Positions 11,761 through 22,700 of a DNA stretch of 38,291 nucleotides are shown here, one piece after another (the first letter of the stretch is position 1; every line of letters starts with the position of its first letter). The position numbers were made by a program, and so were the translations under genes. The DNA comes from Octopus bimaculoides (taxonomy: Eukaryota). The notes under the pieces are model-generated. The model saw only the letters and a program-made list of their open reading frames with translations. It ran no database searches and had not been told where the DNA came from. The stretch lies in the NCBI RefSeq assembly GCF_001194135.2, contig NC_068981.1, positions 23,895,708 to 23,933,998 of the forward strand, in the 5' to 3' direction.

Positions 11761-12514
11761 TATATNNNNNNNNNNNNNNNNNNNNNNNNNNNNNNNNNNN
11801 NNNNNNNNNNNNNNNNNNNNNNNNNNNNNNNNNNNNNNNNNNNNNNNNNNNNNNNNNNNNNNNNNNNNNNNNNNNNNNNNNNNNNNNNNNNNNNNNNNNN
11901 NNNNNNNNNNNNNNNNNNNNNNNNNNNNNNNNNNNNNNNNNNNNNNNNNNNNNNNNNNNNNNNNNNNNNNNNNNNNNNNNNNNNNNNNNNNNNNNNNNNN
12001 NNNNNNNNNNNNNNNNNNNNNNNNNNNNNNNNNNNNNNNNNNNNNNNNNNNNNNNNNNNNNNNNNNNNNNNNNNNNNNNNNNNNNNNNNNNNNNNNNNNN
12101 NNNNNNNNNNNNNNNNNNNNNNNNNNNNNNNNNNNNNNNNNNNNNNNNNNNNNNNNNNNNNNNNNNNNNNNNNNNNNNNNNNNNNNNNNNNNNNNNNNNN
12201 NNNNNNNNNNNNNNNNNNNNNNNNNNNNNNNNNNNNNNNNNNNNNNNNNNNNNNNNNNNNNNNNNNNNNNNNNNNNNNNNNNNNNNNNNNNNNNNNNNNN
12301 NNNNNNNNNNNNNNNNNNNNNNNNNNNNNNNNNNNNNNNNNNNNNNNNNNNNNNNNNNNNNNNNNNNNNNNNNNNNNNNNNNNNNGAGGAGGGAGAAGGG
12401 GAAGGTGGATGTAAGAGAGGGGGAAGATGGGTATGGGAGGGGAGAGGAAGAGAGGAGAGAGGGTATATATATATGTATATATATATATATATATACATAT
12501 ATACGCACACACAT

Positions 12515-12670
12515 ATATACGCAACTAGCCTCATTCACTTTCCATCTACCAAATCCACTCACAAAGCTTTGATCGGACCGTTGTTATAATGAAGACACTT
12601 GAGAAGGGGCCATGTGGTAAGACTGGTCCCAGGATCATGTTGTTGAGAAACAAACTTCTTAGAGAACACC
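12515..12670 (-). mobile_element. tRNA-derived SINE, family A
   Basis: ttccatctaccaaatccactcacaaagcttt..aagacactt..: reverse complement of the family A body. Confidence 0.8.
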
Positions 12671-12703
12671 AGACTTTCACACACACACACACGCACACAC
12701 ACT

Positions 12704-12745
<42 letters not shown>

Positions 12746-12763
12746 TACTCTCACATGCACATA

Positions 12764-13726
12764 CAGGGGTTGGACAAAATAATGCAAACAGCTTAAAATT
12801 TCAAACAAATTAATTTTAGTATGGGATAATTAAAGCTTGAATTCTATGGACATGTACAAAGTCTGAATTGTTTCCAAAGGAATTTTTGTCCATACTTCAA
12901 CTAAAACAGTCTCAACCTCTTATAGTGATGATGGTGGAGGATATCAACTCCTTACTTGTTTTTCTAAAATGCACCATAAATGTTCAATAATATTGAGACC
13001 TAGGGACTGCGATGGCCAGATTAGATCTTCAACTTCACTAGAATGTTCCTCGTGCCATTCAGTAACAACTTTAGCTGTGTGAATTGCTGCATTATCATCC
13101 TGAAAGATTACGTTTCCCCCAATTCTGTAGGGTTTTACTCCACTCTAAACGCTTTGCAATGTTAGTTTTTGAATGTAGTGGTTTTCTAACTACAGCCCTC
13201 CCATGAAATCTGGCTTTGTGCAGCTCCTGGCGAACAGTTTGTGTGGAAACTGGGTTTTCGTGGTGGTCATTAAGCACTGCAGTAATTTAGGGAGCTGTAC
13301 TTTTGTGATCCTTTCTGACAATTCGCATAAGAGTCCGATGGTCTTTCTCTGAAAGTTTTGGTTTTCTTCCAGAGATTTGTTTCCACAAGGAGGTTTTTCC
13401 GTCTTTCTCAAAAGCTGTCATTACTTTCGAAACAGAACTTCTTGATACACAAAATATTTCGGCTGTTTTCGTTACGCTAGCGCCTGCCATACAAGCACCA
13501 ACAATTTGAGCTCTTTGAAAGTCCGATAGATCTGTCATTTTAATGAATTTTAATTACCTTTTTCTGATAATATCTGAAAAGAAACTACAATTTTAGCAAA
13601 ACATATTAAGCAACGCTAATAATAAATCAAAAAGCATAAAAATAAACAAGCTTTTGACAGTTTTACAGATATTATAAAATTACGATGCTATGATGCTAGG
13701 TGTTTCTGTTATTTGTCCAACCCCTG
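12764..13726 (-). mobile_element. Tc1-family DNA transposon, internally deleted, D36E spacing
   Basis: TIRs CAGGGGTTGGACAAA(A)TAA.. at both ends and TA dinucleotides at 12762-63 and 13727-28. Transposase relics: MTDLSDFQRAQIVGA.., SGRKPKLS.., VRKPL..RLEW, FQDDNAAIH..WPSQSLGLNIIEHLW. Confidence 0.95.
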
Positions 13727-13769
13727 TATATGTATACATACATGGATACATGCGCCCACATTCTTGTCT

Positions 13770-13826
13770 GTCCATCCATCTATCCATCCATCCATCCATC
13801 CATCCATCCATCCGTCCGTCCGTCCG

Positions 13827-13857
<31 letters not shown>

Positions 13858-13880
13858 GTCTATCTATCTATCTATCTATC
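13770..13880. repeat. Compound tetranucleotide repeat (TCCA)n-(TCCG)n-(TCTA)n
   Basis: Directly visible. Confidence 0.95.
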
Positions 13881-16489
13881 TAAATGTTCGTATGAATGTG
13901 TACGTATGTGTGGGCATCCATGTACGTGCGTGATTGAGCGTGCAACCGATACGAAATTATCAAAGGCAGTCAAGAATTCCGATAATGTCACCAACCAACA
14001 CCAATGTACAAGCGAACTGTAAAGAACAACAAACGATTTAAAACTGGTAAACGTAGAGCATTCGACTATCATATCTCAGACGCATTGCAGTCAGGATACA
14101 TTGGAAGCAAGAGTGATCGCAATTCCAGAGTCACAATCACTGCATTACTTGCAGATCAATACCAGTACGATACATCGATTTATATGGACGTTGTTTAAAC
14201 GACAACGATGTGTACACTACAAGCGGGATGAGTCGAAAATCAATGAGAGTCAGAAAACAAACATACATGTTCGTCCTTGGGACGATATTTGTATTCAATC
14301 GTCTGGAATTTTCCCCTTATGTACGGTTGCTGGATAGCGTCATACTTACTTCTGCGAAACTCGTAGCAATTCAACGCTTCTTCGTCAAGGAGATTGACCC
14401 GAATGCAGTATATAAGCTATAGGATGAGGTTGAAAAGACGAGACTTCCAAGAAATACTATACAAAATGCTGATACGCACACACCCCACCACATAATATAT
14501 ATATATATATATATANNNNNNNNNNNNNNNNNNNNNNNNNNNNNNNNNNNNNNNNNNNNNNNNNNNNNNNNNNNNNNNNNNNNNNNNNNNNNNNNNNNNN
14601 NNNNNNNNNNNNNNNNNNNNNNNNNNNNNNNNNNNNNNNNNNNNNNNNNNNNNNNNNNNNNNNNNNNNNNNNNNNNNNNNNNNNNNNNNNNNNNNNNNNN
14701 NNNNNNNNNNNNNNNNNNNNNNNNNNNNNNNNNNNNNNNNNNNNNNNNNNNNNNNNNNNNNNNNNNNNNNNNNNNNNNNNNNNNNNNNNNNNNNNNNNNN
14801 NNNNNNNNNNNNNNNNNNNNNNNNNNNNNNNNNNNNNNNNNNNNNNNNNNNNNNNNNNNNNNNNNNNNNNNNNNNNNNNNNNNNNNNNNNNNNNNNNNNN
14901 NNNNNNNNNNNNNNNNNNNNNNNNNNNNNNNNNNNNNNNNNNNNNNNNNNNNNNNNNNNNNNNNNNNNNNNNNNNNNNNNNNNNNNNNNNNNNNNNNNNN
15001 NNNNNNNNNNNNNNNNNNNNNNNNNNNNNNNNNNNNNNNNNNNNNNNNNNNNNNNNNNNNNNNNNNNNNNNNNNNNNNNNNNNNNNNNNNNNNNNNNNNN
15101 NNNNNNNNNNNNNNNNNNNNNNNNNNNNNNNNNNNNNNNNNNNNNNNNNNNNNNNNNNNNNNNNNNNNNNNNNNNNNNNNNNNNNNNNNNNNNNNNNNNN
15201 NNNNNNNNNNNNNNNNNNNNNNNNNNNNNNNNNNNNNNNNNNNNNNNNNNNNNNNNNNNNNNNNNNNNNNNNNNNNNNNNNNNNNNNNATACATATACAT
15301 ATATATACATACACACACACACACACACACATTATCTAAAGCCGAAATGTCATTATCTAAAACCTAATTATTTAAAGAGTTTATTACTCTTGCTAAAAGA
15401 TATTTTATAAGTTCTTAAAAAAGAACAGACATACAAAGATATAAATACACATCTAAAGACATTTATATTCAAATATTTTATATATTTGAATTGTTTTTTT
15501 TTTCCCTGGCAAAAATATGAATAAAAAAATAACGATATTGATGATGAAAATGTAATTTATTAATGTTTAGTGTACATAATCCATTACTAATAAAAAATAT
15601 CGAAAAGGAAATTGCACACTCACACACACATACACACACACATGCAAACATACGCGCATACACACTCACACACTCGCACACGTATAAGTATGTACGTATG
15701 CAATGCATGTATGTATGTGTTTGAGTTTTTGTGTATGAATGTGCGTACATATATGAATATGTTCACATACTTGGGTGAGTCCTTATAAATAATTTCATAT
15801 GTGTGTTTGTGTGTGTTTGTGTGTGTGTGTGTTTGTGTATATCCGTATATATTGTGCGTATATTTGGGGTATGTGTATGAATTTATTGGTCGTGTGCGTG
15901 CGTACATACACTTAAGCATACATACATATATACATAGAAGAATCCATGCATGCATACACACGAGCGCACGCATACACACAGACATATGTACTTATTCATA
16001 TGTATATGGATGTGTAAGTGTATGTATGTGGTTTGTGTACGCACGCTCGCACACGGCCATGGGGGAATGTTTTGAGAACAAAAACGAAAGAATTGAAGAT
16101 ATGTATGTTTACGTGCATGCATGTTTAAATATTTGTGTATATGTTTGTATGTATGCGTTTGTGTATGTATGCATATGTATATGTAGAATCTATTACAGTC
16201 TCAAATGAGGACGAGAAAAACCTTACGTCTATCATGCTTGCTTCTCTGAAACGAAAACTCGATATAAACAACCACTTGGGAATAGAGTCAGAAAAATATA
16301 TAAAAACATAAAAGCAATTTGCTTTCCTGTTATTTCGATATAAATCCTGCTTTTAGGAAATGATTTCCAAATATATTTTATCTATATTTGAAACCATGAA
16401 GTTAAAAAGTCATAATGTGGTTTCGAAATTCTTATCATGTTTGGCTATTTGTATCTACTGGTTCGTTACTAACGTTGTTTTTTTTATTT

Positions 16490-17790
16490 TTACTTTTTTT
16501 TTTTTTGTCTTTCATGCCAACTTTGGCCGGGAGGCTTTGTTTTTTTAACTTTGGATTCGATGGTGTTAATGTTCCGTTTAAATTGTTTAAACTCTTTTAT
16601 GTTGACAACTAGAAGGACAGGATATGTTAGAAGGGAATTCTGAAAGTTCGGCATTCTGGAAAAGAAAGAAGTGGGGTGGTTNNNNNNNNNNTTTAAACTC
16701 TTTTATGTTGACAACTAGAAGGACAGGATATGTTAGAAGGGAATTCTGAAAGTTCGGCATTCTGGAAAAGAAAGAAGTGGGGTGGTTATTGTGGAACACG
16801 GAAGGGTTGATCATAATATGAGTAATGAAAAGAGGAAGGATGCTATGTCTCAAGTTACTGCTATCTAGCACCTTCGGATGATCTCTACTCAACCGCTACA
16901 CAACTGCTACTTAACCGCTCTACCAACGGCTAGAAACCTCTATTTATATGTCTTGGGCGATCCTACTTCTTCGCTTGGGGGCGTCGACACAACAGAAGAC
17001 AAGCGTGTCTAGAATGCATTGTGGATGTAGTCACTAGCCCAACTAATTCTATCTAGAAATATCTGTGTAGTTTTTGACAGAAGAGGAGGCAGCACGTCAA
17101 TATGCCAGAGTCCGGAGTGTGTGCATGAGTGACTTCAAGCTAATCAGTGAAATAGTTCTGTGGATGTTTGCGTGAGTACATGGCAACACAATCCCGATGT
17201 TAGGATTTGTAATATATTACTAGTCGATGGAAGATGAAGTATTTTCTGGCTCAGAAGACTAGTCTTTGGGATAGAGTATTTACAACGTTAAAGATATGCA
17301 TTCACTACAAGAGATCCTTAGTGACAGTGAGACTTGGCATTTATAGTGACAGTGAGGGTTATAGTTGTGTGATACTCATGTTTAAGAGGGTTATGTGGGA
17401 TAAGATGTTCTTAAGTGTAATTGCGTTCAGCTATTCTTTCTGCTTTCGTTTGTTAAAAGAGACGAAATAAATATATAATCCCATCAAATAATGTTTTAAC
17501 GATGTTTATTAATGGAGTTAGTGCAGAAATGGTATAAGGAGTCTAGGTTGAATGTGGTGGACGATTGGATGCAGAAGGTTAGGGGTAATGACGAGGAGTA
17601 AGAGTGAGCGTTGTTGCTACGACTTAAGGCGTGTAGGTCCTTCATATAATGTAGAAGTGTTACGGACGGAACTGGACCTTGTGGCACATGATAGGATGTG
17701 GCCAGAGGAAACTGCATCTGCATACGCAGCTACAGTGCATTCCGACAAGAAGCAATTGATCAAATAGATGAGAAACTGTGCAGGGAAAAA
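16490..17790 (-). mobile_element. Second CR1/L2-group LINE (RT to 3' end), heavily decayed
   Basis: INCFLSECTV; VPQGPVPSVTLLHYMKDL..HSY; LTVTKDLL..HIF..ARKYF..IYYKS; ELVGLV; TSFFSRMPNFQNSL..FKRNIN. Order fits the RT and thumb of CR1-like elements. Confidence 0.7.
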
Positions 17791-17799
17791 ACTCAAATG

Positions 17800-17965
17800 C
17801 AAACACAGGCATATATAACAAGCTTCCACGCAGTTTCCATCTACTAAATTCACCTAAAGAGGCATTGGTCGACCAGGTCTATAGTAGAATTCCCCAGAAT
17901 TCGGCGTCGTGGGACTGAGGTCTAAACTGCGTGGTTGAAAAGCGATCGTTCTAACCACACAACCA
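17800..17965 (-). mobile_element. tRNA-derived SINE, family A
   Basis: cagtttccatctactaaattcac..gtgggactga..taaccacacaaccatacct. Confidence 0.8.
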
Positions 17966-18445
17966 TACCTATATCTATTATATGAACGAGTTAGTACTAT
18001 TTAATTGGTCCCTTATTACGATGTGGTTCTTAATTGTATAAACCAGACGATGAAGTATAGATATATAAAACATCTATTTAAATTAGTCTTCAACAACACC
18101 TGTTCTCTATTCAATTAACTAATATTTAAGCATTCGTTTCGTGAAGTATTCACAGCAACCATTATACGCGGTGAAATTACGTATCTTTACAGATGATCAA
18201 ATTTCTTTTTCATTTATTTTTTCAAATTTTAAAGTATTTTTTATATAATATACCTTGAAGATATATATCAAACTGGAATAGATTCATTTATTGGAATAGT
18301 GTGAGATATATGTCGTATTTCTCACTTCCGCATCTGATAGTAGCATGTGGTCCATTGTTCTATTGGGTATAATAAGCGTTGATAAAAAGTAAATAGATTT
18401 CCGTCGGTTTCGATGACGTGTGCACAACAACATATGTGTATATGA

Positions 18446-18520
<75 letters not shown>

Positions 18521-18689
18521 CGTGTGTGTGTGTGTGTGTGTAGTTATATGTGCGTGTACGCTCTTTGAACAACGGAACTACCTTGCATTGAATTGAAGAA
18601 TTAAATACCTGAGATGTACGCAAAAACATGTAACCCTAATATAATTCTCAAATAGAATCAGTGTAACACAGTGTGTGAAAATGTTGCTC

Positions 18690-18870
18690 CTTTAAATAGT
18701 AGATATGTCTGACGGGTTTTCACAAATTTCCGTCAACATAATTTCACTCACGAGGCTTTGGCCATTTTAGATCTATGGAAAAAAATATTTGTCAAAGATG
18801 TCGGGTGTTGTAATCAAAGCAAGGGGAGGAGTAACCTCTCCATTTTCAAGATAACAACTTAACTATTCAA
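18690..18870 (-). mobile_element. Degenerate family A SINE
   Basis: aaatttccgtcaacataatttcactcacgaggctttgg..taaccactc-like head; strongly diverged. Confidence 0.55.
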
Positions 18871-19479
18871 CTATACCCATCTTTCTTGCATGTACATACA
18901 CAATCTGATAAATATACCAACCTATACCTCTGTATCTATACATATATTTCTGTTTTAAAGATAAAGGAAAAAATTGTAAATGGAATTATGGATTAAAACT
19001 TATAAATCTTTATAAAATCTATATGCGGATTAATTAAAGATTCCTTATCATCTAAAGATTTCTTTCATCTGCATATGAATTTTTTTCATCATCAATGTAG
19101 CCTTATATACCTTATCTATTTCTCTAATATATGTGAAATTCTATATTTTCCAAGAAAGATTTCCTCCTCCTACTCCTTATACAGAAGTCTATGACATATT
19201 TACTTCAGTTAAGCAGATAAGAGACCTCATACTATTTCATTCTAAATCGTTAAATAGTTTACAGTCATTATAGATTACAGTATTATACAGAAGGGAGAAT
19301 ATTGAAATTACCATTTATTTGTCTCTTAGTTCGTCAAAAGTAGAAGAGACATTTCTTAGGGAGACCTTAACTGAAAATAGTTTAACTTTATTTTTACCAT
19401 TACTCTACTGAAATAAACTGCGTTTGTTTGAAATAATTTTCAAAATAATGAAGAATTTAGCAAAATAACTTTGTTATTA

Positions 19480-19931
19480 CGTTTCTGTATATTTGTTTTA
19501 CTAGATTTCTGATGTGATGTCGTGTAATAAAACAGACATCCTTATATTTGGGGAATGTCATTTTTTTTTTGCCAAATAACCACACGCACTGTATACATGT
19601 TCTTCACTTCAGCTTTATTCTTATTCTTATTTTAATGACTTTTGTCTGAAATCTTTCGTCACACATCCTGTGACCTCTTCAGGGACTCTCTCGCGTATCT
19701 CGTCCTGTTCTGTTTAGTTCATTCTGTCTTTTCCACCATAGAAAGACAGAATGGACTAAACGGAACACGCTGGAGGTCGTTGAAGAGGTTGCAGGATGTG
19801 TGACGAAAGATTTCAAACAAAAACCACTAAAATAAGAATAAAAATAAAGCTGAATTGAAGAACACGCATATAGTGCCTGTGGTTATTTAGCAAAAAAAAA
19901 AAAAAAAAAGATCATCCCCAAATATAATAAA
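19480..19931. mobile_element. Foldback (palindromic) insertion 1 with 13-bp target-site duplication
   Basis: Arms of about 170 bp (about 19561-19732 vs 19741-19909, roughly 85% identical by eye) with oligo-T/oligo-A near the outer ends. AACTTTGTTATTA is repeated at 19467-19479 and 19932-19944. Confidence 0.85.
19644..19686 (-). ncRNA. Candidate minimal type I hammerhead ribozyme (foldback 1, left arm)
   Basis: GUCC-CUGAAGA-G-GUCAC(AGGAUGU)GUGAC-GAA-AGAUUU-C-AGAC. Core intact, 5-bp stem II, self-complementary AGAUUU stem III (dimer, with G-U pairs), UUC cleavage triplet. Stem I has one C-A mismatch. Confidence 0.6.
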
Positions 19932-20399
19932 AACTTTGTTATTATCAAGCTTGTTTGAAACATAAATTAATATGAAATTAAAAACACTTTAAAACAGGAA
20001 ATTTGTCTGAGTCAAGTTATGGTAGTCTTCAAGGTTTAAAGCAGTAAACTGTTAGTACAATATGTCTGAATTTACTTTTTTGCTCCTAGTGAAAAATGTT
20101 ACAAGATCTTGCTGAGTTATATTATGAAATTCAAAGGAGAAAATGTTTTTCTTCCTATTCTTCCATAATCGCCATTTTGGTATTGACTGCCAAAAACGCA
20201 ATTATGTATATACGCTTCCGGTGAATTCTACTATCGAATATGGGAATATATGTGTATATGAATATACATGCACGTATGCGTACACATATGTATGTATTTC
20301 AGGGTTAGATGCAGAGGAATGATTATAAAAAAAAGAAAAATGAAAAATATGAAATAAAAGAGTATCTGACTTTAAAAACCATGAATGCCTTTGTTTTCA

Positions 20400-20830
20400 A
20401 ATTTGAACCGCAACTTAGAGTGACGGGAAAAAATTCCTGCAGTATTTGATCTGGCAGGTTATATTCTTATTTCTATACTGCCCACAAGGGGCTACACACA
20501 GAGGGGACAAACAAGGACAGACAAACGGATTAAGTCGATTATTTCGACCCTAGTGCGTAACTGATACTTATTTAATCGACCCCGAAAGGATGAAAGGCAA
20601 AGTCGACCTCGGTGGAATTTGAACTCACACCGTAGCGGCAGACGAAATACCGCTAAGCATTTCGCCCGGCGTGCTAACGTTTCTGCCAGCTCACTGCCTT
20701 CAATTTCTGATTTATGTACAGGTTATGGCAGGTTATATTCTGAGTTCAAATCTCGCTCAGGTCCGCTTTGCCTTTAATCTCTCTGGGGGTCGGCTAATAT
20801 CCTCCTCACATTATTTCTGGCCTCGTGTCT
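20400..20830 (+). mobile_element. Older family B SINE split by the young copy
   Basis: Head-like sequence up to ..ggcaggttatattct, resuming as gagttcaaatctcgctcaggtccgctttgccttt after the insert. Confidence 0.65.
20468..20700 (-). mobile_element. tRNA-derived SINE, family B (Meta/Sauria-like core), young copy
   Basis: Reverse complement reads ..gagctggcagaaacgttagcacgccgggcgaaatgcttagcgg..gagttcaaattccaccgaggtcgactttgcctttcatcctttcggggtcgat... Flanked by a 16-bp direct repeat (20452-20467, 20726-20741). Confidence 0.88.
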
Positions 20831-20859
20831 AAATTAGCAACAATTATATTTTATATTTT

Positions 20860-21070
20860 AGGTAGCAGGCTGGGTGAATCATTAAGAATGTAAGAAAAAT
20901 TCCTTGTGGCATTTGTTCATGCCATTGTCTGAGTTCAATTTCCACCGAGATCAACTTTGTCTTTCATCTCTCCAGGCCAAATAAAATAAAATATCATTCA
21001 AGTAGTGGGTTTTTAGGGTATCGACTAAACCATCCCTGCGAAACTGATGGCCCTGTACATAAATCAGAAA
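20860..21070 (+). mobile_element. Degenerate family B SINE
   Basis: ctgagttcaatttccaccgagatcaactttgtctttcatc..aaataaaata..atcgactaaacc. Confidence 0.65.
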
Positions 21071-21216
21071 TGTGTAGGAAAATCTGTGCAAAAACATTAC
21101 TAGCAATTTCCAGTTGGTGTAAGAGTATATTCACGAAGTAAAGAAGGAACTTTTATGTGGCAGCTCAACCGACTAGAAATAGAAGCCAAATCCCTGAAAA
21201 AAACAATACATATTGG

Positions 21217-21504
21217 CATTATTTACATTCGACGGATATTTGTGCTCATCTTGTTTGTTGTTAACACAACGTTTCGGCTGATATACCCTCTAGCCTTCTT
21301 AAGGTGGCTTGGGGAAAAAAATGCCTTAGGAATGAGAACCCAGGTTCAAAATTTCCCCAAGACACCTGAAGAAGGCTGGAGGGTATATCAGCCGAAACGT
21401 TGTGTTACCAACAAACAAGATGAGGACAAATATCCGTCGAATGTAAGTAATGTTAATGATGTAAATATTGTAAATAATTCCTCATCTCTTAACTATAGAA
21501 CTGT
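21217..21504. mobile_element. Foldback insertion 2 with 12-bp target-site duplication
   Basis: 95-bp arms (21223-21317 and 21352-21446, 5 mismatches) with a 34-bp spacer. AATACATATTGG is repeated at 21205-21216 and 21505-21516. Confidence 0.9.
21362..21405 (+). ncRNA. Candidate minimal type I hammerhead ribozyme (foldback 2, right arm)
   Basis: ACAC-CUGAAGA-A-GGCUG(GAGGGUAUAU)CAGCC-GAA-ACGU-U-GUGU. Perfect 4-bp stem I, 5-bp stem II, palindromic ACGU stem III (dimer), GUU cleavage triplet. Confidence 0.75.
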
Positions 21505-22252
21505 AATACATATTGGATTATACGATCTTAAATATTATACGAATCTGAAAAGGAAAATGTAAAATGAAGAAAGAAAAACTGACGGCCACTGCTGGTAAAT
21601 AAATTGACCACAGGGTATAGGTCTCCTTCATTAGATTTTATCTGGGGTTAAACACGAGCAAAAATAAGATAATCAATTAATTTGATGTTTATCAATTTCA
21701 TGTTCTCATTTTAAATCCGGATGGTAAAGAATGCATAAATTTATCAGCTTTGCCATTGCTGTGCATTTTAGATGAGTGGCTTTAGTATACATGTAGGTTA
21801 TTGGTGAAATGAATGCTCATTTACCATTTGATTGCCAATATAGACTTATGACAACGATTTGTATTTTATTCAACATACATTCCATGGACATTATCGAGTG
21901 TTCGAATGTCTCTCGTTGGCTGTTAACGATTTAGCTTCTCACAAGAGTGATAAATGGATAGAATGTTTGTGTGTGTATATATATATATATGGGTGTGCGT
22001 GCGTGTGTAGAATATTTGTGTGAATCTATGTATGTATGGGTGTGCTTGCGTGTGTATGCAAGGGAGGAAAGGGTGTAAAATGTGTGTGGGGGAGGAAATG
22101 GATTTTTTTTTCAAGCGTTATCTTTACACAAATCTAAATTTGTTTAATATTAAATTAATTTAGTTTTAATTGTGTAAACATAACGCTTTAAAATAAAATC
22201 AAATTTTCCCTTTTTCCTCTCCTTCATTTCCTTCACTTGCTTACTCATACGA

Positions 22253-22345
<93 letters not shown>
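22253..22345. repeat. (AAT)n converting to (AAC)n
   Basis: Directly visible; explains the poly-L ORF. Confidence 0.97.
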
Positions 22346-22346
<1 letters not shown>

Positions 22347-22479
22347 ATAATGATTAAATTGCTCAATCAGCATATCGTTCTAATTTTCTAATAATGTTGA
22401 TATAGTGGTTGATGCTATCGCTCTTGTGTAATCCATTAAGCAGACGTTGTTGTTGTTGTTGTTGCTATTGTTCGATTTT

Positions 22480-22700
22480 TTTCATATCTCGTGCCAGCCC
22501 TGATCAAATGCGTTTTTAACCGGACATAACTAATCTCAAGCTCTATAATCCGATATGTCCCTCCTTTTGTTGAGGTGGTATAGTGTGATTACAGGGAAAT
22601 TTTGCTGATGTCCTAACAAATCGAGCAACAACAACGTAGAGGGTCTCGTCTTGATTTGTTTAGCAGATGTATAACACGTGGTAGTCGAGGGCTGGTTAAT
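22480..22700. mobile_element. Degenerate interspersed repeat (family D); related piece at 25875-25950
   Basis: gccagccctgatc.. at about 22494 resembles ggctagccctagtcgagcagacc..atcaaaggc at 25886. Class not determined. Confidence 0.4.

Noticed and set aside
16586-16787. Exact 96-bp tandem duplication
   Set aside because: The two identical copies are separated by a 10-N placeholder gap, which is the signature of unmerged overlapping contig ends.
21223-21446. CRISPR array or miRNA precursor
   Set aside because: Only two inverted arms with no repeat-spacer series. The TSD and hammerhead motif explain it better as a mobile element, though small-RNA production is not excluded.
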